From Pelagomonas calceolata (lineage: Eukaryota), in NCBI GenBank assembly GCA_918797485.1, contig CAKKNE010000004.1, positions 3,782,001-3,846,000 on the forward strand: a stretch of DNA of 64,000 nucleotides, read 5' to 3'. Positions 52,445 through 61,888 of the stretch are shown piece after piece (position 1 is the first letter of the stretch; every line of letters begins with the position of its first letter). The position numbers and the translations under genes are program-made. A model generated the notes under the pieces. It was not told the origin of the DNA. It saw only the letters and a list, made by a program, of their open reading frames with translations, and searched no databases.

Positions 52445-54148
52445 ATGGCGGATGACGCCGTCGCGGCGACGCACAAGACCTTCGCCTACCTCCATGGGCT
52501 GCCCGTGCCCCTGGACGAGGTCTGGTCGTGGGTGGGGGACCGGCCTGTGGACGTGACCGTGATCCGGGACGAGAAGGACTGCGCGGCGCAGGCCGCCAAG
52601 CGCGAGGCCCAGCTCGAGTTAGAGAAAAGACTGGAAGAGGTCGGCGCGCTCTTCGGCGTCGACGACCGCCACGCGCACCGGGGCCGCGGCGGCCCGCCGC
52701 CGCCGGAGCGGCCGTGGTTCGCACGGAGCGGACCAAGCGCCGCCGCCGCGAGCGAGCTCGAGTACGCGCGGGTCGCGCGGCTCCCGAGGGACCTCGCGGT
52801 CGACGCGCGGCGCGCGAGGGAGGAGGCGGCGCGGCCGACGCGCGAGGACCTGCGTATGCTGAGGCTGGAGCGCTCGCGGCGCGCAAAGACGTTGCAGAAA
52901 CTCTTCGACACGCTCGCGATACCCGTGCGCCAGCGGCCAATTGCTGACGTTTACCACCCAGCTACATTACGCCCGTTCAGCCCCGGCGGCGGGCCCATCG
53001 AGTGGACCCGGCGGCCCTCCGTCGCCTGGACCTGGGCGCCTCCGAAGGTCGAGGTCGAGGCGCCGCCGCTGACGCCCGCGGAGCGGGAGGAGCGCGCGGC
53101 GCGCGCGGCGGCGCAGCGCGCGGCGTTGGCGCGCATGACCTCGCCGATGGAGAAGCGGCCGCCGCGGAAGCCCAAGCCGCCGGAGCCGTACCCCGACGAC
53201 TTCGGGCCGCCGCCGGAGGCGCAGGCGCCGGCGCCGGCGCCCGAGCCTGTGGCGCCCGAGGAACTCCCTGCGGCCGTCGAAGCGCCGCTTGTACCGGAGC
53301 CGCCCGCTACCGAAGAGCCCGCGGCGCCGGCCACCGCGCAAGAGCCAGCGCGGCCGCCGTCGCCGTCGCCGTCGGAGCCGCTGGCCAGCGGGGAGGAGCC
53401 GTCGTACGCCTGCGAGTCGTACGGCGACGACTTTGCCCGGGCGCCGGCGCCGTCGCAGGACTCGTACGCCGCCGACTTCCTGGCGCCCGAGCCGGAGCCC
53501 GCCCCAGCGCCGCCGGCCGAGCCGGAGCCCGAACCGCACGAGGCCGCGCCGGAGCCGGCGCCTCAACCGGAGGAGCACGGGCTGCAGCCCCGGCCGTCCC
53601 AGATCTCCTACGAGACGTACTCCGAAGACTTCGCGGCCTCGGCGCCGGCCTCGGCGCCGGCCTCCGCGGCTCCGACGCCCCGGGGCTTCTTCAGCGCGGA
53701 ATCCTCGGCCTCGGGGCGCCGGAGCTCGGCGGAGCAGTCGCTGCGGGAGCCCGTGCCCGATCCTGATCCGGAGCCGGCGCCGGAGCCCGAGCCGGAGCCC
53801 GAGCCCGAGCCGGGGCCGGTGTCCTGGGAGGCCTGGACCCCAGCACCCGCGCCGGACCCGATGCCCGCGTTCTACTGGCTCATGCGGCGCGAGTACGAGG
53901 GCGACCACGCGGCGCCGGCCAGCACGAACTCGCCGGGCCGCGGCCTCGTCGCCGCCGTCGCGCGCCGCGCCTTCCATCCCGAGGAACTGCCGGAGATGGC
54001 GCTCGACCCCGGCGAGCGCCTGCTCATCCTCCGCGACGAGTACGACCCGTCCCCGGGCTGGATCTTCGCCGCGAAGGGCACCTCGAACGCGGGCTACGTG
54101 CCGAGGAACTACCTGGATATCGACGACTCGGACGGTCCTGCGGAGTAA
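52445..54148 (+). CDS. Pro/Glu-rich protein with C-terminal SH3 domain
   Basis: EMALDPGERLLIL...GWIFA...GYVPRNYL. Confidence 0.72.
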   Translation: MADDAVAATHKTFAYLHGLPVPLDEVWSWVGDRPVDVTVIRDEKDCAAQAAKREAQLELEKRLEEVGALFGVDDRHAHRGRGGPPPPERPWFARSGPSAAAASELEYARVARLPRDLAVDARRAREEAARPTREDLRMLRLERSRRAKTLQKLFDTLAIPVRQRPIADVYHPATLRPFSPGGGPIEWTRRPSVAWTWAPPKVEVEAPPLTPAEREERAARAAAQRAALARMTSPMEKRPPRKPKPPEPYPDDFGPPPEAQAPAPAPEPVAPEELPAAVEAPLVPEPPATEEPAAPATAQEPARPPSPSPSEPLASGEEPSYACESYGDDFARAPAPSQDSYAADFLAPEPEPAPAPPAEPEPEPHEAAPEPAPQPEEHGLQPRPSQISYETYSEDFAASAPASAPASAAPTPRGFFSAESSASGRRSSAEQSLREPVPDPDPEPAPEPEPEPEPEPGPVSWEAWTPAPAPDPMPAFYWLMRREYEGDHAAPASTNSPGRGLVAAVARRAFHPEELPEMALDPGERLLILRDEYDPSPGWIFAAKGTSNAGYVPRNYLDIDDSDGPAE

Positions 54149-54230
54149 TTTTTACTACTCTAGATTACTTCCTCGCGCGATCCGCGACCGTGCGACGTGA
54201 TTGCGTCTTGAAATTCCTAACTTACAACAT

Positions 54231-54659
54231 TTACACGAGCAGCTCCGCGAGTCGCTCAGGCGTCTTGGCGTCTGCAGGGAGCTGGACCTCTCCGGCCGCG
54301 CCGGGCATCGCGTTGAACACCGCGGACTTTTGCAGCTGCGCCTTGTTGCGCTTGATGATGCCCACGTCCGCGCCGACGTAGAGGAGGTGGTAGAACTTCC
54401 GCGCATTCGCTGGGCCGTCGAGGAGGCCGCAGAAGTTGACCGCGGCCTCGTCTAGCGCCGCGACGAGTTCCGGTCGTCCCGAGCCCTCGGCCGCGAGACG
54501 ATAGGTCTTCCCATCTAGCACATAGACGACCCACTCGACATTGCTCATTGAGTCGTCTCGCACGCGCGCCCAGCCGTCGACGACGGCTGCGACGGCGGCG
54601 TCTGCCGTCTTCATGCCGTCGGCGCTGCTTTTATCCATTCGTGCGTATGTTTCCGCCAT
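54231..54659 (-). CDS. ADF-H/coactosin-like actin-binding protein
   Basis: W..VRDD.....WVVY, L...GSG..EL...LD, KF....YVG..V....R.K. Confidence 0.7.
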   Translation of the reverse strand: MAETYARMDKSSADGMKTADAAVAAVVDGWARVRDDSMSNVEWVVYVLDGKTYRLAAEGSGRPELVAALDEAAVNFCGLLDGPANARKFYHLLYVGADVGIIKRNKAQLQKSAVFNAMPGAAGEVQLPADAKTPERLAELLV

Positions 54660-54858
54660 CGATGCGATTAATACACGATCGGTTCGGCGCGTATGGCAGC
54701 TGGCTGTTCCACTCAGTAGATGCAGCTGTGGCTGTGGTGCCCAGGGTGCAGCCTAAAGCGTCTCACGGCTTCGCAGCTTGTGCGCAATAAACTTGCGACC
54801 AACAATCGTTGCTAACACAGGCCGTCCACTTGTTTAGCGTCGCGGCGCCGCGGCCGAG

Positions 54859-54880
54859 CTAGCGTTGTGTGACACACTAG
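54859..54880. promoter_or_regulatory. CTAG-N-CTAG upstream motif
   Basis: CTAGCGTTGTGTGACACACTAG between divergent starts 54659(-) and 55009(+). Confidence 0.55.
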
Positions 54881-55008
54881 GAAGCTTGGCCGGGCAAATT
54901 TGCGCGGCCAGAATTCGGCGTTTCACTGCGTGCTACGAGCCTAACGTTTGCAGAAGACTGCTTAGAAACGTCTACAGGCCAGCGCTCCAGGCACCAGGAG
55001 GGTGAAGG

Positions 55009-55650
55009 ATGCGCTACCTGGCCACCAATGTTGTGCTATTGGCCCTGACACTGCAGCCAGCATTTTCTCAGCAAATGCGCAGGAGTAGTGGCAGAAGACA
55101 CTTGCGCAGGCGATACCTCCCGTCAGACCTCGACGACGCCCGAGAGACCGACGACACGATCGAGTGGGACGATACGACCATCGAGGACGACACGCGGGTT
55201 GTCGGCCCGCGGTGGCGCCGCCGCCCCTACGGCGTGATTGATGACGACGGCTGGGCGGGCGACGGGGAGCCGGTGGATCCGGGCGCGGAGCTGGCTCTTG
55301 TCCTATTTCTAGTCATTGTCATCTTCTGGCTGGCCGTCGGCTCGGCGTTTGCGCCCAGGCAGCGCTACACCGGCGCGACCCTTTATGGCGAAACGTATGA
55401 TTACTATTCGGAGCCCTCGTTCTACTACGGCTCCTCCTACGCGTACGAGCCGGCCTACGTCGTGCCGCGGCGGTCCGGCTGGGGCTGGGGCTGGGGCTCC
55501 AGCTGGGGCGGAGGCCACCACCGCGGCGGGCGCGAGCGCGTCGAACGGCACCGCCACGTCGAACGGCATCATCACACCGAGCGACACCACCACGGTGGCG
55601 GCCATCACGGCGGTGGCGGAGGCCATCACGGCGGCCATCATGGCCGATGA
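55009..55650 (+). CDS. Single-pass membrane protein with Tyr-rich and Gly/His-rich tail
   Basis: Signal peptide, one TM, GGGHH repeats. Confidence 0.65.
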   Translation: MRYLATNVVLLALTLQPAFSQQMRRSSGRRHLRRRYLPSDLDDARETDDTIEWDDTTIEDDTRVVGPRWRRRPYGVIDDDGWAGDGEPVDPGAELALVLFLVIVIFWLAVGSAFAPRQRYTGATLYGETYDYYSEPSFYYGSSYAYEPAYVVPRRSGWGWGWGSSWGGGHHRGGRERVERHRHVERHHHTERHHHGGGHHGGGGGHHGGHHGR

Positions 55651-55727
55651 CTCTAAAAATAATTTGTCACATATAGTATTCACCATCGAAACCGTCGAAG
55701 AAAATAGGAGTTTTCTTGTAACATCAC

Positions 55728-57025
55728 TTAGATCATCATGCCCGCGAGAGCGCATACCCCGAAGCCGGCCGCGCCGCAGAACCAGTACGCGGCGACGGCT
55801 TGAGCTTGCGACAGCTGCGCGACGGCGGGCACCGCGCGGGCGAGGCGTCCCATGCGCCACGCCCAGACCGGCCCGACGGGCGCGACGACGACGGCGACGA
55901 GCGCCGGCTTGGCCGCTTTTCGGAGGACCGAGCGCACGCGTTTCGCGAGCACGCCCTTCGGCGCGGGCTCAGCGAGGAGTAGCGGCGGCGGCGGCGCGGG
56001 TTTCGGCGGTGCGCAAGCCAGGCGCCTTAGCGTGAGGTGGACGCATGCGCCGGGCGCGACGCGCTCCGGCCACGCGATGCGGCGCGGCCGAGCCGCCTTG
56101 GCGGGCTTGATGGCGGGCGGCGCCCGGCCCAGGGCGGCGCAAGCAACGAAGGCGACCGCAACGGCGGCCGCGACGACGCCGAGGCGGCGGCGGCGCGGCG
56201 GAACAAACCTGTGTGGAAATCAAATTTTGGACGCCCCCACGCCATCGACGCGACCCCATAACTGCATTGATTCCACACAGGCACGAACGTGGCGGCGCCC
56301 GGCACCGTGATCGGAGAAGTAGCAACGCTGACGGTCTCGACGGTCGCTGCAGCAGCAGCGTCACAGAAGAAGCGCGCCTTGACGGCTTGCGCGAGGCGGT
56401 CGGCGAGGTTGATGGACGGCGGCCAGACCTTGGGCGGCGACACCTCGGGCACGTGCCGCACGGACGGCGTCGTCAGCGGCGGCGACGAGGCCTTCGGCTT
56501 CACGGTCTTCGGCACCTCGACCTCCGGCGGCACGCACGTATCGACGGAGCGGCGCTGGGGCGCCCGGAGCGGCGCCGGCGCGGCGCGCGGCCGGTAGGGG
56601 CTCGTGATGGTGTGGCGCCGGCGCGCCGCCTTGGCGGGCGACTTGCTCGGCGGGGGCACGTTTTCCTTGTCGACGTCGTGGGAGAGCTGCTTCGGCCGGC
56701 GCGGCGGCGGCGCGTTCTCCTTGTCGTCGGCGTAGAGCCGCTGTCCTACCGCACAGAGCGCCGCCGACGCGGCCGCGCCGTAGCGCTTGCTCAGGTCGCG
56801 GAGCAGCGCGTCGTGGCGGCCGTCATAATGCTGCAGCACGGTTTTGAGGCGGTCCGGCGCCGCGTTCGCCGGGTTGTGCTGCTCGTAGAACGCCCGGAGC
56901 GACGCCTCGGTCACGACGACGGCGTTCGTTGTGTCTTGCGCGCCGGTCGTGGGCTTGAGGGCGCGGCGCTGCCGCGCGAGGAGTTCGGGCGTCGTGTTGG
57001 CGCGCGCTTGAGCCGCGGCCTCCAT
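55728..57025 (-). CDS. Hypothetical membrane protein (join 57025..56289,56208..55728)
   Basis: Intron removal links ORF 57025 to the 55728 frame (406 codons); N-terminal L..FY..HNP......VL..Y......L...L...YG motif. Confidence 0.65.
56209..56288 (-). mobile_element. Introner GT-AG intron (80 nt)
   Basis: TIRs CTGTGTGGAA...TTCCACACAG; TSD GAACAAAC/GCACGAAC (6/8). Confidence 0.85.
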
Positions 57026-57304
57026 TTTTTTGCCTCCTGTTGCACGAGCAGTTTTGAGGATCTTGCGCCCCTTGCTGAGCGCAGCGCTGCCAGCAGGGCG
57101 GTACTGTCGTTAGACCGCAGTGCGGAACCGCCTCGGCGAAACCCAAAACGCGCTATGCGCTGTCTACGAGGCCTGGGCTCGATTGCAACAGGCAGACATT
57201 TTTCAGGAGGCTCCGCGGGGTTGTGGGCTTCGTACGTGTGCGCGTCGGCTCTTGGACCTCTCTGCGCCGAGACAGACCCCTCAGGGAGCCTTTCGTTATC
57301 CAAG

Positions 57305-57325
57305 CTAGTGTCTTACAGCCGCTAG
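57305..57325. promoter_or_regulatory. CTAG-N-CTAG upstream motif (reverse orientation)
   Basis: CTAGTGTCTTACAGCCGCTAG between divergent starts 57025(-) and 57395(+). Confidence 0.6.
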
Positions 57326-57394
57326 CCAGGCTGGGTCTTGGACTTTGTGAGCAGTGCACAGGCTCGTACAGGGCGCATGCATCGAATTAGATCG

Positions 57395-58333
57395 ATGAGA
57401 GCACTCCTGGCCTTCCTGGCAGCCGTCCCAGCCAGCAGCCTCCACAGCACGCCGCCGCCGCGGCGCCGCGCCAGCCGCCTCCACGCGACGGAATGGCAGG
57501 CAGCGCTGGACGACATCGACGGCGACGCCTGGCGCGATTTACGAAGGGAACTCTACGGCGCGCCCGACGCGGCGCCGCCGAGCACGCTGAAGCGCTTCGA
57601 GACCTACTGCGAGAATCGGAGAAAGAGCCTCGAGGAGGAGGTGCTCGAGGACCTCGGGGGCCGGCGCCTGCTGGAGTGCCAGCAGAACTACCCCGATTTG
57701 GAGGCGACCCCGATCTGGGACGTGACGACGGAGGCCTGGCGCTGGCTCGACCCGATCCTCGCGCAGACAGAAAAAATGCGGGACGAGGTCCGGCGGCGCG
57801 CGACGACCTTCCGCGAGTCCAAGTGGGTCGATACTTATGGAAGGGACGGGGCGTACGACAGCGGCTGGGGCATGGTCGACATCACTCCACAAGCGTTCCC
57901 GGCGGTGGCGCGCGCGCTGCGCGGCGCGCCCCTCGCGCCGCGGCGGAGGTGTATCGCGCGGCAGCGGGCCGACCGGTCGATCCACGCGCACTCGGATCGC
58001 GTGCCCTGGGCGCTCACGTGCCACATCACGCTGGAGGGGCGCGGCCACATGGTCGTGGACGGCGAGCGGCTCGACTGGACGCCGGGCGAGGCCACGGTCT
58101 GCGACACGACGTTTTTTCACTCCGCGCACAACGAGCACCCGTCGGAGGACGTCTACCTCGTCCACCTCGACGTCTTCCACCCGGGCCTGTCGACCGACGA
58201 ACGGCATGCGTTGGAAGCGCTGTCCCGCCACCTCGCGGCGGCGCGGCGGCGGCGCGCCGCGGCGCTGTCGCCGTTCGTCGCCGGGCTCGAGAGCGCGTTC
58301 TCGGCTGGGGATGCGAGCCGCGACGAGTCGTAG
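57395..58333 (+). CDS. Aspartyl/asparaginyl beta-hydroxylase-domain 2OG-Fe(II) dioxygenase
   Basis: IHAHSD, LTCHITL, W..GE....DTTFFHSAHN, L.LDVFHP.L. Confidence 0.82.
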   Translation: MRALLAFLAAVPASSLHSTPPPRRRASRLHATEWQAALDDIDGDAWRDLRRELYGAPDAAPPSTLKRFETYCENRRKSLEEEVLEDLGGRRLLECQQNYPDLEATPIWDVTTEAWRWLDPILAQTEKMRDEVRRRATTFRESKWVDTYGRDGAYDSGWGMVDITPQAFPAVARALRGAPLAPRRRCIARQRADRSIHAHSDRVPWALTCHITLEGRGHMVVDGERLDWTPGEATVCDTTFFHSAHNEHPSEDVYLVHLDVFHPGLSTDERHALEALSRHLAAARRRRAAALSPFVAGLESAFSAGDASRDES

Positions 58334-58501
58334 TATCCTACCCTGGGAGCTATGCAACCGCAGGGGTGATGTCCGGGCCGGTACTCCCCGAGAGGGTTGC
58401 TGGGCCGCGGGGCGCGATGAGCGCGCACGACGGGATGCGTAGTATATGTTTTGTGTTCTAGATGACGCTATTGACGAGGCCAAATACACACTACCTAGAT
58501 A

Positions 58502-60893
58502 TTAGTCAGAGACCACAAACGTCATGAGCATCTGGTCCGCGGCGACGACGTCCCCGACGTCGGCGAGGAGCTCGTCGACGACGACGCGCGCCTCGGCCCG
58601 CAGGACGTTCTGCATCTTCATCGCCTCGACGACGGCGAGCGGCTCGCCCGCCTCGACCGTGGCCCCCACCTCGGCCTCGAAGCGCAGCAGCGTGCCGGGC
58701 ATGGGGCACGCGAGGCCCGCGGCCGCGGCCTCGGCCGCCGCTGGCTTCATGTGCTTTGACAGCGCGTGCGTTTGTGGTGTGCGCACGGCCGCGTCGACGC
58801 GGACGCCGCGCACGCGCAGCGCATGATCAAAACCCGGCCGCGCATCAGTTGAAACGTACTGGCACGCGACCGCACCGTCATTGAGTACCAGCGGCGTCGC
58901 GAGCGGCGCGGCCCAGGCCGCTTTATCAAGCTCAATTTGATGTTCTTCTCCCTCATACCTAACGGTGTAGGCTCCATCAAAACCATCGACCTCAAACACG
59001 AGCTCGGCGTCCGCGCGCGCCGTCCTCAGCAAAACGACCTGGGGCCCCGCCGGTTGTAATTCGCCCCGCACTTCTTTTGAAGCAGCGTCAACACCAAGAA
59101 CTAAACAAGCGAGCTTTGCCAGATCTTGCGGAGCCATGTTTGTCAGTACACTCCCTTCGTCGAACCCACCAGGGTAGTGCTCCTCGATAAACGCCGTCGT
59201 GTAGTCGCCGCTCAGAAACGCTTCATGACTGCACACGTCCCGACAGAACGGCACGTTGTGCACCAGACCCTCGACCACATAAGCGTCCAGCGCGCGGCGC
59301 TGCGCGTCGAGCGCGGCCGCTCGGTCCTCGCCCCGCGTGATGACCTTGGAGATCATGGGATCATAAAAAATCCCGACCTCGCTGCCGTCCTCGACGGCCG
59401 CATCCACTCGAACATCGCTCGCGTGAAAGAACTCGATCGACGCGGGCGGGTTCGCGTAGGCGGTCAGCGACCCCGTCGACGGCACGAAGCCGCGCGCCGC
59501 GTCCTCCGCATAAATACGCGACTCGATGGCCCAGCCGACGGGCGGCACGCTGCCCACTAGTTCTGATGGTAAAGCCTGCCCGTCGGCCACGCGCAACATC
59601 AACGCCACCAAATCCTGATCCGAGACGGCCTCGGTCACGGGGTGCTCGACCTGCAATCTCGTATTCATCTCCAAAAAATAAAAGTCCGCCGTCGTCGCGT
59701 CGACCAGCATCTCGACCGTGCCCGCGCTCGTGTAGCCCACCGCAGTCGCGAGCTGCGCGGCCTCGGCCTGCATCCTCGCTCGCAACTCGGGCCTTTGATG
59801 GACGAAGGGCGACGGCGCCTCCTCGACGACCTTCTGATTGCGGCGTTGGACGGAGCACTCGCGCTCCGGGAAGCAGGCCACGTTGCCGTGCGCGTCGGCC
59901 ACGAGCTGGATCTCGACGTGGCGCGGCGCCGCCACGAACTTCTCCACGAGCAGCCGGTCGTCGCCGAAGCTCTTTTTGGCCTCGTCCGTCGCGAGGGCGA
60001 AGCACTCGGCGACCTCGCGCGCGTCGCGGGCCACGCGCATGCCCTTGCCGCCGCCGCCCGCGCTCGCTTTGAGCATGACCTGTGTGTCGTTGCTTTCTTC
60101 TTTCTGCGCCCCCTGTTCCCGACGGCGGCGTCTCTAGCGGTCGCGGCGATGGCGTGCTTTTGTGGGGCAATGGACTTGCGCCACCAGCACGCCATCGACG
60201 CGACGTGTCTTGCCTCCACGCCGTCGAGCCGAAGGCGCCCTCGCTAACGCCGCGTCACGTACCGGGTAGCCGATGTCCTCGGCGACGGCGACGGCGTGCT
60301 CCGCCGACTCGACGACGCCGTTGAAGCCCGGGATCACGCTCACGCCGGCCGCCTCCGCGATGCGCTTCGACTCGACCTTGTCGCCCATGGCGTCGATCGC
60401 CGCGGCCGGCGGGCCCACGAAAGTAATGCCCGCCTCGGCGCAGCGCCGCGCGAAGGCCGCGTTCTCGGAGAGGAAGCCGTAGCCCTGCGTTTGTTTTTTT
60501 GTTTTCTACCTCTCGCGATTTTCCCTGTTTCTCTCTCGCGGTGGCGTCGTCCAGACCGGTGTGACCGCGTCGATGGCCAGCGTCCCCCAGACGCCATCGA
60601 CGCGCCACAGAAGAGTGTTTTGAGACGTCGCTAGGCACGGGATGGATGCAGTCGGCGCCCGTCGCCCGTGCCGCTTCCAACACCGCGTCGGCGTCGAGGT
60701 AGGACGTCGTCGCCGCCGACCCGCTGCCGACCTGGACGGCTTCGTCGGCATATTTTACATGCTTGGCGCGCGCGTCGGCCTCGCTGTGGACCGCGACGGT
60801 GTCGAGTCCTAACGCGCGGGCGGAGTTCATGACGCGGCAGGCTATCTCGCCGCGGTTGGCTACTAACAGGCGTTTGAGGTTGGTGAGGGCCAT
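58502..60893 (-). CDS. PCCA: Propionyl-CoA carboxylase alpha chain (join 60893..60639,60484..60263,60079..58502)
   Basis: [10 protein letters not shown], spliced [11 protein letters not shown] and [51 protein letters not shown], biotin site EAMKMQN. Confidence 0.85.
60080..60262 (-). mobile_element. GT-AG intron (183 nt) with introner hairpin remnant
   Basis: ACACACAG acceptor; internal CACGCCATCGACGCGAC; TSD lost. Confidence 0.6.
60485..60638 (-). mobile_element. GT-AG intron (154 nt) with introner hairpin remnant
   Basis: Inverted CGCGTCGATGGC/GCCATCGACGCG pair; removal restores [11 protein letters not shown]. Confidence 0.55.
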
Positions 60894-61210
60894 CTTTGCT
60901 CCCTTGCGCAGCGTTCCGCAGCGTTTTTTGCTCCCTCGCGCAGCGTCCGCAGCGTTTTTTAGTGGCTGGAATTAAAAGGGCTCTCCGGGGCGTGTGGTGC
61001 TCTCCGGGCTGGAAAAAGCTTGAGCGGCGCTTGGGTTGTACTGAGGCGGTTCGATTGGGTGGGTGCTGGTTGTTTGTTGGATTTTTAGCGGCTCAGCGCG
61101 GCAGCCCCGCAAGGGCCTCACGGGTTTTTCCCCTTTTTGGAATAAGGGGCAAAAAACACCAGCTTTGTACGAGTGCGCCACCGATGGCTGCACCGTTGGA
61201 CACCTCTACC

Positions 61211-61366
61211 TCTCCCAAATGATCTTTGGCCAAGGAGACCCTTGGAGTTTAGTGTAGAGGGGTACCCCCCCACACCCTGGTTATCACTTTAGGTTTTGAT
61301 TCTAAGCTTAGCTTACGTCGAAGTAACGGCGAATTCACAACCTGGGTTCGAATCCCAGTGGGAGAT
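61211..61366 (+). tRNA. tRNA-Gln(UUG) interrupted by three non-canonical BHB introns (exons 61211-61217, 61250-61257, 61278-61304, 61337-61366)
   Basis: Joined exons form a 72-nt cloverleaf: acceptor TCTCCCA/TGGGAGA, D arm GTG..CAC, anticodon arm TTAGG-TTTTGAT-TCTAA, T arm CTGGG-TTCGAAT-CCCAG, discriminator T. Confidence 0.9.
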
Positions 61367-61371
61367 GTCCA

Positions 61372-61379
61372 TTTTTTTT
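61372..61379 (+). terminator. RNA polymerase III terminator (T8)
   Basis: Run of 8 T starting 6 nt after the tRNA discriminator. Confidence 0.8.
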
Positions 61380-61888
61380 GTCGCTTTGAGCCTACCCTCA
61401 CCCCCCTGCCATTTTGAGACACCCGCGGGCCCTCAGACACCCACACGCCCGAGAAAAGCGAAATGATGAAACGATTTCGGCAGAATCGACACCGAGAGGC
61501 CAATTCCGACCATTTCGGTGCTTGGACGACCGTGAACGGACCGTTTCTCGCCGAGATACGGCCCCGAGCGCGCCCGCGCGAGAACGTCGTCGGGCTGCAG
61601 CGGGGAGAACCAGGTCACGTCTGGCCGCGCCACGATCACCCAACCGAACCGTTTGCCCGTTTGGCGCTCGTCGTCCGCGAACATGTCCCAACACCGTTAA
61701 GTCACAAGTACCCAGCCGACGCCGCGAACCCAACTCATAGAGGAAAGGTACTTTAAGCGGGCACAGAACCCGACCCTGCCAGTATCAGCGACGTTATTAT
61801 CGCAGTGCAGTATACGAAGCTAGTAGCCGAAAAGCCACTTCCTTAGATCCTAAAAAAACGAACGACGGGGGAGGAGGGGATATCATGT

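Noticed and set aside
5944..60634. Numerous long Arg/Ala/Pro-rich overlapping ORFs (e.g. 5946-7544, 9944-11587, 21534-23444, 21671-23587)
   Set aside because: Shadow frames expected from very high GC3; no family motifs.
60895..60960. ~30-bp tandem duplication upstream of PCCA
   Set aside because: Real, but appears to be an ordinary local duplication with no further signal.
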